Source: an uncultured Chloroflexia bacterium (lineage in GTDB: Bacteria > Chloroflexota > Limnocylindria > Limnocylindrales > CSP1-4). Taken from it: a stretch of DNA of 64,000 bases. Below the pieces are notes generated by a model that saw only the letters and a list, made by a program, of their open reading frames with translations, did not search any database and was not told the origin of the DNA. The stretch lies in NCBI GenBank assembly GCA_963734535.1, contig CAVTHS010000003.1:320001-384000 (forward strand). The letters are read 5' to 3'. A program made the position numbers and the translations under genes. Position 1 is the first letter of the stretch. Each line of letters begins with the position of its first letter. Shown here one piece after another: positions 38,638-48,919 of this stretch.

Positions 38638-39393
38638 GTGACCGGCAACGGGGCATTGCCGGCGGCCTTCGACCTCCTACCGGCAATCGACCTCAGCGGC
38701 GGCCGCGTGGTCCGCCTGCTGCGCGGGGACTACGGCACCGCGACGACATACGGCGAGGACGCCACGGCTGTCGCGGATGCATTCGCCGCGGGCGGCGCTC
38801 GATGGCTCCATGTCGTCGATCTCGATGGTGCCCGCGACCCGACGGCTCGGCAGACCCCGCTCGTGGCAGCGATCATCGCCCGCGTCGGGTCCCGCGCGGC
38901 GGTCGAGGTGGCGGGCGGGCTGCGGGACGATCGAGCGGTCGAGGCGATCCTGGAAGCGGGGGCGGCGCGGGTGATCCTCGGGACCGCGGCCCTGCGCGAC
39001 CCTGCGTTCGCAGGACGCCTGGCGGCGCGGTTCGGCCCGGAGCGGATCGGCGTCGCGCTCGACGTCCGGGACGGCCTCGCGGTCGGCCACGGCTGGGTGC
39101 CGGGCGCGACGGGTGTGGCGGTGGCAGACGCTCTCACGCGACTTGCCGACGTGGGCATCCGCACCTTCGAGGTAACCGCGATCGATCGGGACGGGACGCT
39201 CGAGGGCCCCGACCTCGCGCTCCTGGCGAACCTCGTCCGTCGGGGATGTGGCGCGATCATCGCCTCGGCGGGCATCGCCCGCGCTGCGGACATCACGGCC
39301 GTCCGGGCACTGGGCTGCGCGGGCGCGATCGTGGGCCGCGCGCTGTACGAGGGGCGCCTGTCCCTGGACGACGCCCTCGCGGCATCTCGCTGA
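38638..39393 (+). CDS. hisA: ProFAR isomerase
   Basis: LPAIDL..GRVVRL, HVVDLDGA, GGLR, TAIDRDGT. Confidence 0.93.
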   Translation: MTGNGALPAAFDLLPAIDLSGGRVVRLLRGDYGTATTYGEDATAVADAFAAGGARWLHVVDLDGARDPTARQTPLVAAIIARVGSRAAVEVAGGLRDDRAVEAILEAGAARVILGTAALRDPAFAGRLAARFGPERIGVALDVRDGLAVGHGWVPGATGVAVADALTRLADVGIRTFEVTAIDRDGTLEGPDLALLANLVRRGCGAIIASAGIARAADITAVRALGCAGAIVGRALYEGRLSLDDALAASR

Positions 39394-39494
39394 CGAGACG
39401 ACCGCAGGACCGACCGGGTCGCCGCATCGGTCCGGACCGGACACGCTGGGTGGTGGTCGACGACGGGCCGCTTCTTCTGTTCGCCTGAGCGCCC

Positions 39495-39643
39495 CGGGTG
39501 CTGGTATCGGGTCCCGGGCGTTCCTTCTGCACGCCTCAGCACCGCGGGTGCTGGTATCGGGTCCCGGGCGTTCCTTCTGCACGCCTCAGCACCGCGGGTG
39601 CTGGTATCGGGTCCCGGGCGTTCCTTCTGCACGCCTCAGCACC
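39495..39643. repeat. 50-bp perfect tandem repeat x3 (intergenic)
   Basis: CGGGTGCTGGTATCGGGTCCCGGGCGTTCCTTCTGCACGCCTCAGCACCG with period 50. Confidence 0.95.
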
Positions 39644-40133
39644 CGCGGCGGTGCGTCCGGTAGGCGCGCATCGGGCGGGCGCCGGGCGTCACCTGGCGGC
39701 GGTCAGTCCGCGGTTCGTGCTCACCGCCATCGGGTTGGCGCGGCCACTCGCCGCCGAACGCGGACCGTCGCCGCATATCAGCACCACCACGACTAGGGCG
39801 CACAACCCGGCCGACGCGCAGTGCCGCCGCTCGGCATCCCTGGGCCTTTGAGAGGCTGGCCGCCTGCCGCCAGCCGTGCGCCCACGAGCTGCGAGCCGTC
39901 ACGAGGTCGCAGGCGCTTCGCGGTGCAGCCGCCGCGCACCGCTGCCGCACGCCACCCGCCAGGGGCCGCTGATGCAGTCGCGCCCAGCGACCCCGCGCAA
40001 CAGCCGCCGCGCGACGGTGAGCCGCCACGGAGGTCGCTGGCGCTGCCGCGCAACCGCTGGCGCTGCCGCCGGCCGCGATGCGTCGCGCCCAGCGAGTCGC
40101 GCGCCAGCGAGCGAGCCTCAGCGACCGGAGCCG

Positions 40134-42224
40134 TCAGTGAGCGGCGGCCTCCTGCTCCTTGCGATGGGCCTCGATGACCTTGTCGCCGATGTGGGACGGC
40201 ACGTCCTCGTAGTGGTCGAGCGTGGACGAGAAGGTGCCCCGCCCGCCGGTGATCGAGCGAAGCTCGGTCGCGTAGCTGAACAGCTCGGCCTGCGGAACGT
40301 GCGCCGTGATCACCTGCATCCCGTCGCCCGTGACGTCCATGCCGAGGACGCGGCCACGGCGGCCGTTGAGGTCACGGTTGACGTCGCCCATGAAGCGCTC
40401 CGGGACGCGGATGGCCACGGCCATGATCGGCTCCTGCAGCACGGGCTTGCAGTCCATGACGCCCTTCTTGAGCGCCATCGATGCCGCGATCTGGAACGAG
40501 AGGTCGTTGGAGTCGACCGTGTGGAAGGAACCGTCGTACAGGGTCGCCTTGAAGTCGATGAGCGGGTAGCCCGCGAGCACGCCTTCGACCGCGGCCTGCC
40601 GGATCCCCTTCTCGACGCCGGGAAAGAAGTTCTTCGGGACGGTGCCGCCGACCACGTGCTCGGCGAAGGCGACGCCCTCGCCGGGGTTCGGCTCGATCTC
40701 GATCCAGACGTGGCCGAACATGCCATGTCCGCCCGTCTGCTTCTTGTACTTCCCCTCGACCTTGGTCCGGCCGCGGATCGTCTCGTGATACGGGATCCGC
40801 GGGGTGTGCGTGACGATCGCCGAGCCGAACTTGCGCTTGAGCCGCTCGCCGATGACCGCCACGTGCGTCTCGCCCATCGAGATGAGCAGCTGCTCGCCCG
40901 TGGCGCTGCGCTCCACGCGCGCACACGGCTCTTCCTCGAGCATGCGCTGGAGGGCGGGGCCCATCTTGTCGAGGTCCGCCTTGGTCTGCGGCTCGATGGC
41001 GACCACGAGCGTCGGGACCGGGTACTCGGGCCGGTCGAGGACCAGCGGGCGCTCCTTCGAGGAAAGCGTGTCGCCGGTCGCGGTGGCGGTGAGCTTGGCG
41101 ACCGCCCCGACCTCGCCGGGCCGGAGCTCGGCCACCGGTTCCGAGTCCTTCCCGTGCAGCCGGAGGAGCTGACCGATCCGCTCGTCCTCGCCCTTCTCCG
41201 CGTTCCACAGGTGGGCCTGGCTGCGCAGCGTGCCCGAGAGGACCCGCAGGTAGGTCAGCCGGCCCACGAACGGGTCGGCGGTCGTCTTGAAGACCCGCAC
41301 GAGGAGCGGGCCGTCCGGATCCCGCGAAACCTCGATCGGGTCGTTGGTCTTCGGGTCGTGCGCCACGACGGGCGGCTCCTCGGACGGCGCGGGGAGGTAG
41401 CGGACGATCGCGTCCAGCAGCCCGCGCAGGCCGATCCCCTTCGTGGCGGATGCCACGAGCACCGGTGCCAGGATCGAGTCGCGGACGCCGCGGTGGAGGC
41501 AGGCGTCGAGCTCCGCGTCGGTGATCTCCTCGCCCTCGAGGTACTTCGACAGCACGTCGTCGTCCGCCTCGGAGGCGGCCTCGAGCAGCTGGTCGCGGCG
41601 GGTCGCGATCTCGGCCTCCATCTCGGGCGGGATCGGGACCTCCACCTCCTGCCGGCCGTCCCAGTGGTACGCCTTGCGGTGGACCAGGTCCACGTACCCG
41701 CTGAACGTGTCGGCCTTGCCGATGGCGAGCTGGAGCGGGGCGATCTTGTTGCCGAACTCGGCACGCAGCGCGTCGAGGACGGCTGCCGGCTCGGCATTCT
41801 CGCGATCGCACTTGTTGACCACGAACAGGGCGGCCGTCCGGGTGGTCCGGCCGAGCGAGACGGCGACCTCGGTGCCCGCCTCGACGCCGCCGGTCGCGTC
41901 CATGCACACGAGCGCCGCATCGGCCGCCTGGAAGCCGGCGACCACCTCCGCCACGAAGTCCGGGTATCCCGGCGTGTCGACGAGCGTGACGATGTTGCCC
42001 TCGTCGTCGAGGGAGGCGACGGAGAGCGACAGCGAGATGTGGCGCTTCTGGGCCTCGGGCTCCGTGTCCAGGCTGGTGGTGCCGTCCTCGACGCGCCCGA
42101 GGCGGGAGATGGCTCCCGTCCGGAAGAGGAGTGCCTCGGCGAGCGTCGTCTTGCCGGCACCGGAGTGTCCGGCCAGGACGACGCTCCGCAGGTGGGGGAG
42201 GTCAGCGCTCTTCGTCGTCGCCAT
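40134..42224 (-). CDS. Elongation factor G-like protein (EF-G2)
   Basis: GHSGAGKTT, DTPG, NKCD, KQTGGHG; switch I is HISL rather than RGITI; not in an str operon. Confidence 0.9.
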   Translation of the reverse strand: MATTKSADLPHLRSVVLAGHSGAGKTTLAEALLFRTGAISRLGRVEDGTTSLDTEPEAQKRHISLSLSVASLDDEGNIVTLVDTPGYPDFVAEVVAGFQAADAALVCMDATGGVEAGTEVAVSLGRTTRTAALFVVNKCDRENAEPAAVLDALRAEFGNKIAPLQLAIGKADTFSGYVDLVHRKAYHWDGRQEVEVPIPPEMEAEIATRRDQLLEAASEADDDVLSKYLEGEEITDAELDACLHRGVRDSILAPVLVASATKGIGLRGLLDAIVRYLPAPSEEPPVVAHDPKTNDPIEVSRDPDGPLLVRVFKTTADPFVGRLTYLRVLSGTLRSQAHLWNAEKGEDERIGQLLRLHGKDSEPVAELRPGEVGAVAKLTATATGDTLSSKERPLVLDRPEYPVPTLVVAIEPQTKADLDKMGPALQRMLEEEPCARVERSATGEQLLISMGETHVAVIGERLKRKFGSAIVTHTPRIPYHETIRGRTKVEGKYKKQTGGHGMFGHVWIEIEPNPGEGVAFAEHVVGGTVPKNFFPGVEKGIRQAAVEGVLAGYPLIDFKATLYDGSFHTVDSNDLSFQIAASMALKKGVMDCKPVLQEPIMAVAIRVPERFMGDVNRDLNGRRGRVLGMDVTGDGMQVITAHVPQAELFSYATELRSITGGRGTFSSTLDHYEDVPSHIGDKVIEAHRKEQEAAAH

Positions 42225-42353
42225 TGTCTCGGTCAACCTCACGCAGGATGTGGGCAGTCGGGTGGTCGGGACGCACGGGCCTGCCGCCGACCGACGTCAT
42301 GGATCGGGCGGGAGCGGGGTTCCGCCAATCATAGTCCGCTATACTTCCGCCCG

Positions 42354-43103
42354 ATGTCCGGTCACTCCAAATGGTCCCAGATCAAGCGCGACAAGGGCGT
42401 CAATGACGTCAAGCGCGGCGCCATCTTCACGAAGATGGGGCGCGAGATCGCGGTGGCGGCGCGGGCCGGCGGCGGCGACCCCGATGGCAACTTCCGGCTG
42501 CGCCTGGCGATCGAGAAGGCACGCGCGGCCAACATGCCGATCGACACGATCAAGCGCGCCGTGGAGAAGGCCACCGGGTCCGGCGAGGGCGAGCAGTTCG
42601 AGGAGATCGTCTACGAGGGCTACGGCCCCGGCGGCGTCGCGCTCATCGTGGAGGCCGCGACGGACAACCGCAACCGGACCGCGGCAGAGGTGCGTTCCAT
42701 CTTCACGAAGGCGGGCGGCCAGCTCGCGGTCTCGGGCGCGGTGGCCTGGCAGTTCGAGCAGCGCGGCCTCATCGCGGTGCCGGCCGCGGGCATCGACCGG
42801 GACGAGGTGACGCTCCTCGCGATCGACGCCGGGGCAAGCGACGTGGACTCGGACTCGGACCCGCTCGAGATCTACTGCGAGCCCGGGGACCTCGAGTCGC
42901 TCCGCCGGGCGCTGGAGAAGGCGGGGGTCGCGATCGAGAGCGCGGACCAGGCGATGCTGGCCAAGCAGACCACGACCGTCGACGTCGCCAGGGCCCGCCA
43001 GAACCTGCGCCTCGTCGAGCATCTCGAGGACCTCGAGGACGTGCAGCGCGTCACCAGCAACCTGGAGATCTCCGAAGAGCTCCTTGCCGAGGTCGCCGGG
43101 TGA
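42354..43103 (+). CDS. YebC/PmpR family protein
   Basis: MSGHSKW, YEGYGPGG, TDNRNRT. Confidence 0.96.
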   Translation: MSGHSKWSQIKRDKGVNDVKRGAIFTKMGREIAVAARAGGGDPDGNFRLRLAIEKARAANMPIDTIKRAVEKATGSGEGEQFEEIVYEGYGPGGVALIVEAATDNRNRTAAEVRSIFTKAGGQLAVSGAVAWQFEQRGLIAVPAAGIDRDEVTLLAIDAGASDVDSDSDPLEIYCEPGDLESLRRALEKAGVAIESADQAMLAKQTTTVDVARARQNLRLVEHLEDLEDVQRVTSNLEISEELLAEVAG

Positions 43104-43137
43104 TCGGCCGGATGGGCGGCCGGGAGGCCGGCACCCG

Positions 43138-43764
43138 GTGATCGTCCTGGGGATCGATCCCGGGACGGCGGCACTCGGCTACGGAGTCATCGATCGGACG
43201 GGCGGCCACCTGCGAGCGATCGACCACGGCGCATTCCATACCCCGTCGGACCTGACGCTCCCGGAGCGCCTGCTCGCGATCCACTCGTTCCTCCAGGACC
43301 TCATCGAGCTGCACGGACCGAAGCTCCTCGGCGTGGAGCGCATCTTCCACAGCCGCAACGTGCAGACCGCCCTTGCCGTGGGACATGCCCGCGGCGTGGT
43401 CCTGCTCGCCGCGGCCGAGCACGACATCGAGGTTCGCGAGGCCACCCCGTCGGAGGTCAAGCTCGCCGTGACCGGCTACGGCGGGGCGGACAAGGCGCAG
43501 GTCGCCACCATGGTCGCGACGATCCTCGGTCTCGCCGAGGTCCCGACCCCGGATGACGCCGCGGACGCGCTGGCAATCGCGATCTGGACCGCCCACCGCG
43601 AGCGGGCCGGCGAGCGACTCAACGCCGGCCGCCTCGATCGTGGCGCGATCGCGCCGCAGACGCCGGGCGAGAGCCCGTACGATCGCGCCGTCCGCGAGGC
43701 GATCCGCCGCGAGCGGCCGTCCCGCAGGGAATCGGACGCGACCCCGACCGAGCCAGTGCGTTGA
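43138..43764 (+). CDS. ruvC: Holliday junction resolvase
   Basis: LGIDPG, VTGYGGADK.QV, DDAADALAIA. Confidence 0.95.
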   Translation: MIVLGIDPGTAALGYGVIDRTGGHLRAIDHGAFHTPSDLTLPERLLAIHSFLQDLIELHGPKLLGVERIFHSRNVQTALAVGHARGVVLLAAAEHDIEVREATPSEVKLAVTGYGGADKAQVATMVATILGLAEVPTPDDAADALAIAIWTAHRERAGERLNAGRLDRGAIAPQTPGESPYDRAVREAIRRERPSRRESDATPTEPVR

Positions 43765-44361
43765 TCGCGTCGCTCGACGGCGTGGTGGGCGCGGTCGCGG
43801 CGGATTCGCTGGTGCTCGAGGTGGGCGGCGTCGGGTATCGCGTCTTCGCCGCGCCGGGCGTCCTCGCAACGGCCGAGCCCGGGAAGCGCCTCCGCCTCCA
43901 CACCCACCATCTGGTTCGCGAGGACCTCCAGGCGCTCTACGGGTTTCGAACGCCCGAGGAGCTTGGATTCTTCGGGCTGCTCCTGACGGTGACCGGGGTG
44001 GGGCCGAAGGTCGCCCTGGGCCTGCTCGGCAGCCGGCCGGTCGCCGACCTCCAGCTCGCGATCATGGCGGAGGACCAGGGCCTCCTGACCGCGGTCCCCG
44101 GGGTCGGCAAGCGCCTGGCGGCGCGGATCGTGCTCGAGCTCCGGGAGAAGGTCTCCGCGGCCGGCGTCGCGGCCAGCGTCCCGGCCGGGACGGGAGCGGG
44201 CACCCGGTCGGCCGAGGGCGACGTGGTCGGCGCGCTCCAGGCGCTGGGCTACACGCTCGCGGAGGCGCGCGACGCCGCCCGCCACGCCCAGGCGGCCGGA
44301 CGCATCGGGCACGCTCGAGGATCGCGTGAAGGCGGCCCTCCGGTCCCTTTCCGGCGGTTGA
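43761..44361 (+). CDS. ruvA: Holliday junction branch migration protein with apparent frameshift near 44305
   Basis: VGGVGY, LYGF, GVGPK, ALQALGY; a typical end TLEDRVKAALRSL lies in another frame with TGA at 44359-61. Confidence 0.9.
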
Positions 44362-44376
44362 CGCCCGCCGCGACGG

Positions 44377-44394
44377 TTCGAACATCCGTGCGAA
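44377..44394. promoter_or_regulatory. Candidate LexA (Gram-positive-type) SOS box upstream of ruvB
   Basis: TTCGAAC-ATCC-GTGCGAA, one mismatch to CGAAC-N4-GTTCG; extended -10 TGG-TAGACT at 44409-17. Confidence 0.55.
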
Positions 44395-44424
44395 ATTGGC
44401 GACCGGCATGGTAGACTCCGGGCG

Positions 44425-45528
44425 ATGACGGACGGCCACGGATTCCTCGCGGCGGATCTCCTCGACCAGGAGGAGATCGCGGTCGAGCGCTCCCTGCGGC
44501 CGCGGTCGCTCGACGAGTACCTGGGCCAGCGAGAGGTGAAGGCGGGCCTCTCGGTCCTGCTCCAGGCCGCGAAGCAGCGTGGCGAGGCGGCGGACCACGT
44601 CCTCCTCCACGGCCCGCCCGGGCTCGGCAAGACCACCCTCGCCACGATCATCGCCCGCGAGCTGGGCGTGAACATCCGCTACACGTCGGGGCCGGCGATC
44701 GAGCGGGCAGGGGACCTCGCCGCCGTCCTCACCGCCCTCGACGAGCGCGACGTGCTCTTCATCGACGAGATCCACCGGCTCAACCGTGCGGTGGAGGAGA
44801 TCCTCTACCCGGCCATGGAGGACTGCGCGCTCGACGTGATGATCGGCAAGGGGCCGTCCGCACGCTCGCTGCGCCTCACCCTGCGGCCGTTCACGATCGT
44901 GGGCGCGACCACGCGGGCCGGGCGGATCAGCGGGCCGCTGCGCGACCGCTTCGGGGCGGTCTACCGGCTCGACTTCTACGCGGAAGAGGACCTGCGCGCC
45001 ATCGTCCGTCGCTCCGCCGCGATCCTCGGCCTCGAGGTCACGGACGACGCCGCGGCGGCCATCGCCGCTCGCGGTCGCGCGACCCCGCGAATCGTGAACC
45101 GGCTGCTCAAGCGCGTCCGGGACCACGCGGAGGTCCACGGCGACGGCCGCGTGACCCTGGGCGCGGTCGACGAGGCGATGCGGGTCCTCGAGATCGACGC
45201 CGAAGGCCTCGACGCAACGGACCGGCGCCTGCTCGCCGCGATCATCGTGAAGTTCGGTGGCGGGCCGGTCGGCGTCGCGGCGCTCGCGGCGGTCCTCGCC
45301 GAGGAGGTCGAGACGGTCGAGGACGTCTACGAGCCGTACCTGCTCCGGATCGGCTTCCTGGACCGGACCCCGCAGGGACGCGTGGCGACGGACCGCGCGC
45401 GGGCGCACCTGGTCGCCCTCGGCTACGACGTGCCCCCGAGGAGGGCCGTGCGCGAGCCCAGCATCTGGGAGGCCGCCGCGCCGCCCGGCTCCGAACTCGG
45501 CCTCGCCATCCCCATCGATGAGGCGTGA
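44425..45528 (+). CDS. ruvB: Holliday junction helicase
   Basis: [29 protein letters not shown]. Confidence 0.97.
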   Translation: MTDGHGFLAADLLDQEEIAVERSLRPRSLDEYLGQREVKAGLSVLLQAAKQRGEAADHVLLHGPPGLGKTTLATIIARELGVNIRYTSGPAIERAGDLAAVLTALDERDVLFIDEIHRLNRAVEEILYPAMEDCALDVMIGKGPSARSLRLTLRPFTIVGATTRAGRISGPLRDRFGAVYRLDFYAEEDLRAIVRRSAAILGLEVTDDAAAAIAARGRATPRIVNRLLKRVRDHAEVHGDGRVTLGAVDEAMRVLEIDAEGLDATDRRLLAAIIVKFGGGPVGVAALAAVLAEEVETVEDVYEPYLLRIGFLDRTPQGRVATDRARAHLVALGYDVPPRRAVREPSIWEAAAPPGSELGLAIPIDEA

Positions 45529-45535
45529 GCCTCGC

Positions 45536-46699
45536 GTGACGGGCGCCGCCAATTTCGAGGTCCTCGTCCCTCCGCCCGCCGACGGCTCGACCCGGGCGCG
45601 GCTGGGCCGCCTCCGCCTGCCGCACGGTGTCGTCGACACGCCCACCTTCATGCCCGTGGGCACGAACGCGACGATCAAGGCGCTCCACCCCGACGACATC
45701 GAGGAGACCGGCGCCCAGATCATCCTCGCCAACACGTACCACCTCTACCTCCGGCCCGGGCACGAGCGCATCGAGCGGCTCGGGGGCCTCCACGAGTTCA
45801 TGAGCTGGCCCCACCCGATCCTGACCGATTCCGGCGGCTTCCAGGTCGTCTCGCTCGGCGATCTCAACGCGATCGACGACGACGGCGTCACGTTCCAGAG
45901 CCATCACGACGGGTCGCGCCACCGGTTCACCGCGGAGCGCTCGATGGAGATCCAGGCGGCGCTGGGGGCGGACGTGGCGGTCGCCTTCGACCAGCCCGTC
46001 CCGCCCTCGTCGACCGATCTGCGCGACGTGGCGATCGCGACGGAGCGCACTCACCGCTGGGCGGTCCGGTCGCTGGAGGCGCACCACCGTCCGGACCAGG
46101 CCCTCTTCGGGGTGATCCAGGGCGGCCTGGACCCGGCTCTCCGACGGCATTCGACCTCGTTCATCGCGGGGCTCCCGTTCGACGGCCTCAACATCGGGGG
46201 CCTCGCCGGCGACGAGACCCCGGCAGAGCGCGAGGCGGTCCTGGACCTCGTGGTCGCGGCGCTCGACGAGGACCCGCGCGTCCGCTACCTCATGGGTCTC
46301 GGCTCGCCGGCGGACCTGCTGGAGGCCGTTCATCGCGGGGTCGATCTCTTCGACTCCGTCCTGCCGGCACGGGTTGCCCGAAACGGCCAGCTCTGGGTCC
46401 CCGGCGGCCGGCTCAACATCCGCAACGAGCGCTTCCGGGACGACCCGGGGCCGGTCCAGGAGGGCTGCCGGTGCCTCCTCTGCCGGCGCTTCAGCCGCGC
46501 ATACCTGGCCCACCTGTTCCGGGCCGACGAGCTGCTTGCGTACCGGCTCGCGACTTGTCACAACCTGACCTTCACCCTAGACTTCATGGCGGGGATCCGG
46601 GCAGCCCTGGGCACCGGAAACCTCCCTGAACGCCTTCCGGAGCTGCGCCGGCACGCTCGCCGGCGAAGCCACGATGCAACCGCGGTGCAGCTCGCGTGA
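45536..46699 (+). CDS. tgt: tRNA-guanine transglycosylase
   Basis: FMPVGT, LANTYHL, TDSGGFQ, CxCxxC...H Zn site. Confidence 0.95.
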   Translation: MTGAANFEVLVPPPADGSTRARLGRLRLPHGVVDTPTFMPVGTNATIKALHPDDIEETGAQIILANTYHLYLRPGHERIERLGGLHEFMSWPHPILTDSGGFQVVSLGDLNAIDDDGVTFQSHHDGSRHRFTAERSMEIQAALGADVAVAFDQPVPPSSTDLRDVAIATERTHRWAVRSLEAHHRPDQALFGVIQGGLDPALRRHSTSFIAGLPFDGLNIGGLAGDETPAEREAVLDLVVAALDEDPRVRYLMGLGSPADLLEAVHRGVDLFDSVLPARVARNGQLWVPGGRLNIRNERFRDDPGPVQEGCRCLLCRRFSRAYLAHLFRADELLAYRLATCHNLTFTLDFMAGIRAALGTGNLPERLPELRRHARRRSHDATAVQLA

Positions 46700-46741
46700 A
46701 GGCCATTTCGGTACCCTCGAGTTCCGCGGAGGCGTTCGACG

Positions 46742-46903
46742 ATGGGTTCGCGAGACCGTCCCCACCGCGAGGTGAAGAAGAAGTCAAAGGCCCCGGAGGC
46801 GAAGCCGAGTCTCCAGCCATTCCTCGAAGTCCCGCAGAGCGTCGAGCTCATCAAGCCGAAGCGCAAGCCGCGCACCGTGGTCGAGGAAGAACCGGAGGGC
46901 TGA
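46742..46903 (+). CDS. Small Lys-rich hypothetical protein (53 aa), absent from the ORF track
   Basis: GGAGG SD, ATG, mostly G/C third positions: [53 protein letters not shown]. Confidence 0.7.
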   Translation: MGSRDRPHREVKKKSKAPEAKPSLQPFLEVPQSVELIKPKRKPRTVVEEEPEG

Positions 46904-46970
46904 GCATTCCGGGCGGGCGCGTCATCGTCCGCTCCGTCGGGGCCACAGAACCAGACAGGAGCAGGACGAG

Positions 46971-48020
46971 ATGGCGATGACGGAGCGGAACGGGGCATCG
47001 GGCGCGGAGCGCACCAAGGCGGTCGAGGCGGCGATCCTCGCCATCGAGAAGCAGTTCGGGCGGGGCTCGATCATGAAGCTCGGCTCTGCCGAGCGACAGC
47101 AGGTCGACTTCATCCCGACGGGCTCGATCGCCCTCGACCTTGCGCTCGGCGTCGGGGGGATTCCCCGCGGCCGGGTCACCGAGGTGTTCGGCCCGGAGTC
47201 GTCCGGCAAGACCACGCTCTGCCAGCACGTCATCGCGGAGGCGCAGCGGCGCGGCGGCGTGGCTGCCTTCATCGACGTGGAGCACGCCCTCGACCCGGGC
47301 TACGCGCGCGCCTGCGGCGTCAACGTCGATGAGCTCCTGGTGAGCCAGCCGGACACGGGCGAGCAGGCGCTCGAGATCACCGAGACGCTCATCCGCTCGG
47401 GCGGGATCGACATCGTCGTGGTCGACTCCGTCGCGGCCCTCGTCCCGCGGGCCGAGATCGAAGGCGAGATGGGCGACAGCTTCGTCGGCATCCAGGCCCG
47501 CCTCATGAGCCAGGCCCTCCGGAAGCTCGCCGGGGCCGTGAGCCGCTCCAACACGTCGCTCGTCTTCACGAACCAGCTCCGGGAGAAGATCGGGGTCATG
47601 TTCGGCAACCCCGAGGTCACGCCGGGCGGTCGCGCGCTCAAGTTCTATGCCACCGTGCGGCTCGACATCCGGCGCGTGGAGACGATCAAGAACGGGACCG
47701 AATTGATCGGCAACCGGGTCCGCGTCAAGGTGGTCAAGAACAAGGTCGCGCCGCCCTTCCGCGTGGCCGAGTTCGACATCATGTACGGCGAAGGGATCAG
47801 CCGCGAGGGCGGGCTCCTCGACGTCGGGGTGGCGATGGACGTCGTGACGAAGACGGGCGCCTGGTTCACCTACGGCGAGACGCGGCTCGGCCAGGGCCGG
47901 GAGGCGGCCAAGGGGTTCCTGCGCGACAACGCCGCCGTCGGCGCCGACATCGAGACGAAGATCCGGGCGAGCATGGCGACGACGGCGATCCCGGTCGAGG
48001 GGATCTCCGAGGCCGAGTAG
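46971..48020 (+). CDS. recA: Recombinase A
   Basis: [30 protein letters not shown]. Confidence 0.98.
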   Translation: MAMTERNGASGAERTKAVEAAILAIEKQFGRGSIMKLGSAERQQVDFIPTGSIALDLALGVGGIPRGRVTEVFGPESSGKTTLCQHVIAEAQRRGGVAAFIDVEHALDPGYARACGVNVDELLVSQPDTGEQALEITETLIRSGGIDIVVVDSVAALVPRAEIEGEMGDSFVGIQARLMSQALRKLAGAVSRSNTSLVFTNQLREKIGVMFGNPEVTPGGRALKFYATVRLDIRRVETIKNGTELIGNRVRVKVVKNKVAPPFRVAEFDIMYGEGISREGGLLDVGVAMDVVTKTGAWFTYGETRLGQGREAAKGFLRDNAAVGADIETKIRASMATTAIPVEGISEAE

Positions 48021-48054
48021 CCGCCCGGAGGGACGGGACCAGGCTCGAGCCGGC

Positions 48055-48690
48055 ATGCCGCGCTCGTCGCGGGAGTCGCTCGCGGAGCGACGGGCGCGGC
48101 GCGCGGCCGTCGACGACCCGGACCATGTGCTCGCAGCTGGTGCACGCTTCCTCGAGGCGCGCCCGCGGTCCACGGACGAGGTCCGGCGACGGCTCCGGGA
48201 CGCGGGCTACCGGGCGGACCTGGTCGAGGGCGCCATCGACCGGTTGACCGCGCTCGGCTTCCTCGACGACGCGGCGTTCGCGCGGTCATGGGTGGAGTCG
48301 CGCGACCGGGCGCGCCCGCGCGGGGCACGCGCGCTCCGCGCCGAGCTGCGCCGGATGGGCATCGACGCGCCCGACGCCGAGGCCGCGCTCGCCGCGCGGG
48401 AGGCGCTCGCGACCGGCGACGATCCCGACGATCCGCGACGCGGGCCCGGGGCGGGGGAGCGGGCGGCGTCCGACGCCTCGGACGAGGCGGCTGCGGCCCG
48501 GCTTCTCGTTCGGAAGCGAGCCGGCCTGCTCCGCGAACCCGACCCCCGGAAGCGCCGGGCGCGCGCGTACGCGCTGCTCGCCCGGGCCGGGTTCGACCCG
48601 GGGACGGCCGGGCGTGCCGCGGCGGCGTGGCTGGCGACGCTCGGGTCGACGCTCGCCGACGAGGATGCGGAGCCCGATTCGGAACAGTAA
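48055..48690 (+). CDS. recX: Regulatory protein RecX
   Basis: RPRS..EVRRRL, GFLDDAAFA, LARAGF; follows recA. Confidence 0.88.
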   Translation: MPRSSRESLAERRARRAAVDDPDHVLAAGARFLEARPRSTDEVRRRLRDAGYRADLVEGAIDRLTALGFLDDAAFARSWVESRDRARPRGARALRAELRRMGIDAPDAEAALAAREALATGDDPDDPRRGPGAGERAASDASDEAAAARLLVRKRAGLLREPDPRKRRARAYALLARAGFDPGTAGRAAAAWLATLGSTLADEDAEPDSEQ

Positions 48691-48700
48691 CCGGGCACGT

Positions 48701-48729
48701 TTGACCCTCCCGCCCGCCGGCCGTAGGCT
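48701..48729 (+). promoter_or_regulatory. Sigma70-type promoter of rny
   Basis: TTGACC-17 bp-TAGGCT. Confidence 0.65.
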
Positions 48730-48919
48730 ACGCGCACCAAAGGACGGCGCCGCGGATGCGGCGCCGGTTGCCCCGCATCGAACCCATCCATCCCGGCGAG
48801 CCCACGCCGGCGCCCGACCCAGGCAGCACTCGAGAGTCATCGGGTCGGTCCGACGGATCGCCGTTCCCGCACAATCACTCGCCGGCCGCTCGCGCGGCCG
48901 GTCGGGAGGCGAGAGCATC

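Noticed and set aside
39495-39643. CRISPR array
   Set aside because: Units are fully identical with no variable spacers, and there are no cas genes nearby
39790-40130. GC-rich short imperfect repeats downstream of EF-G2
   Set aside because: No consistent period, coding signal or recognisable RNA motif
39876-42353. Long N-terminal extension of YebC (1075-aa ORF) and similar long antisense ORFs across the window
   Set aside because: These are stop-poor shadow frames typical of very high GC; this one is antisense to EF-G2
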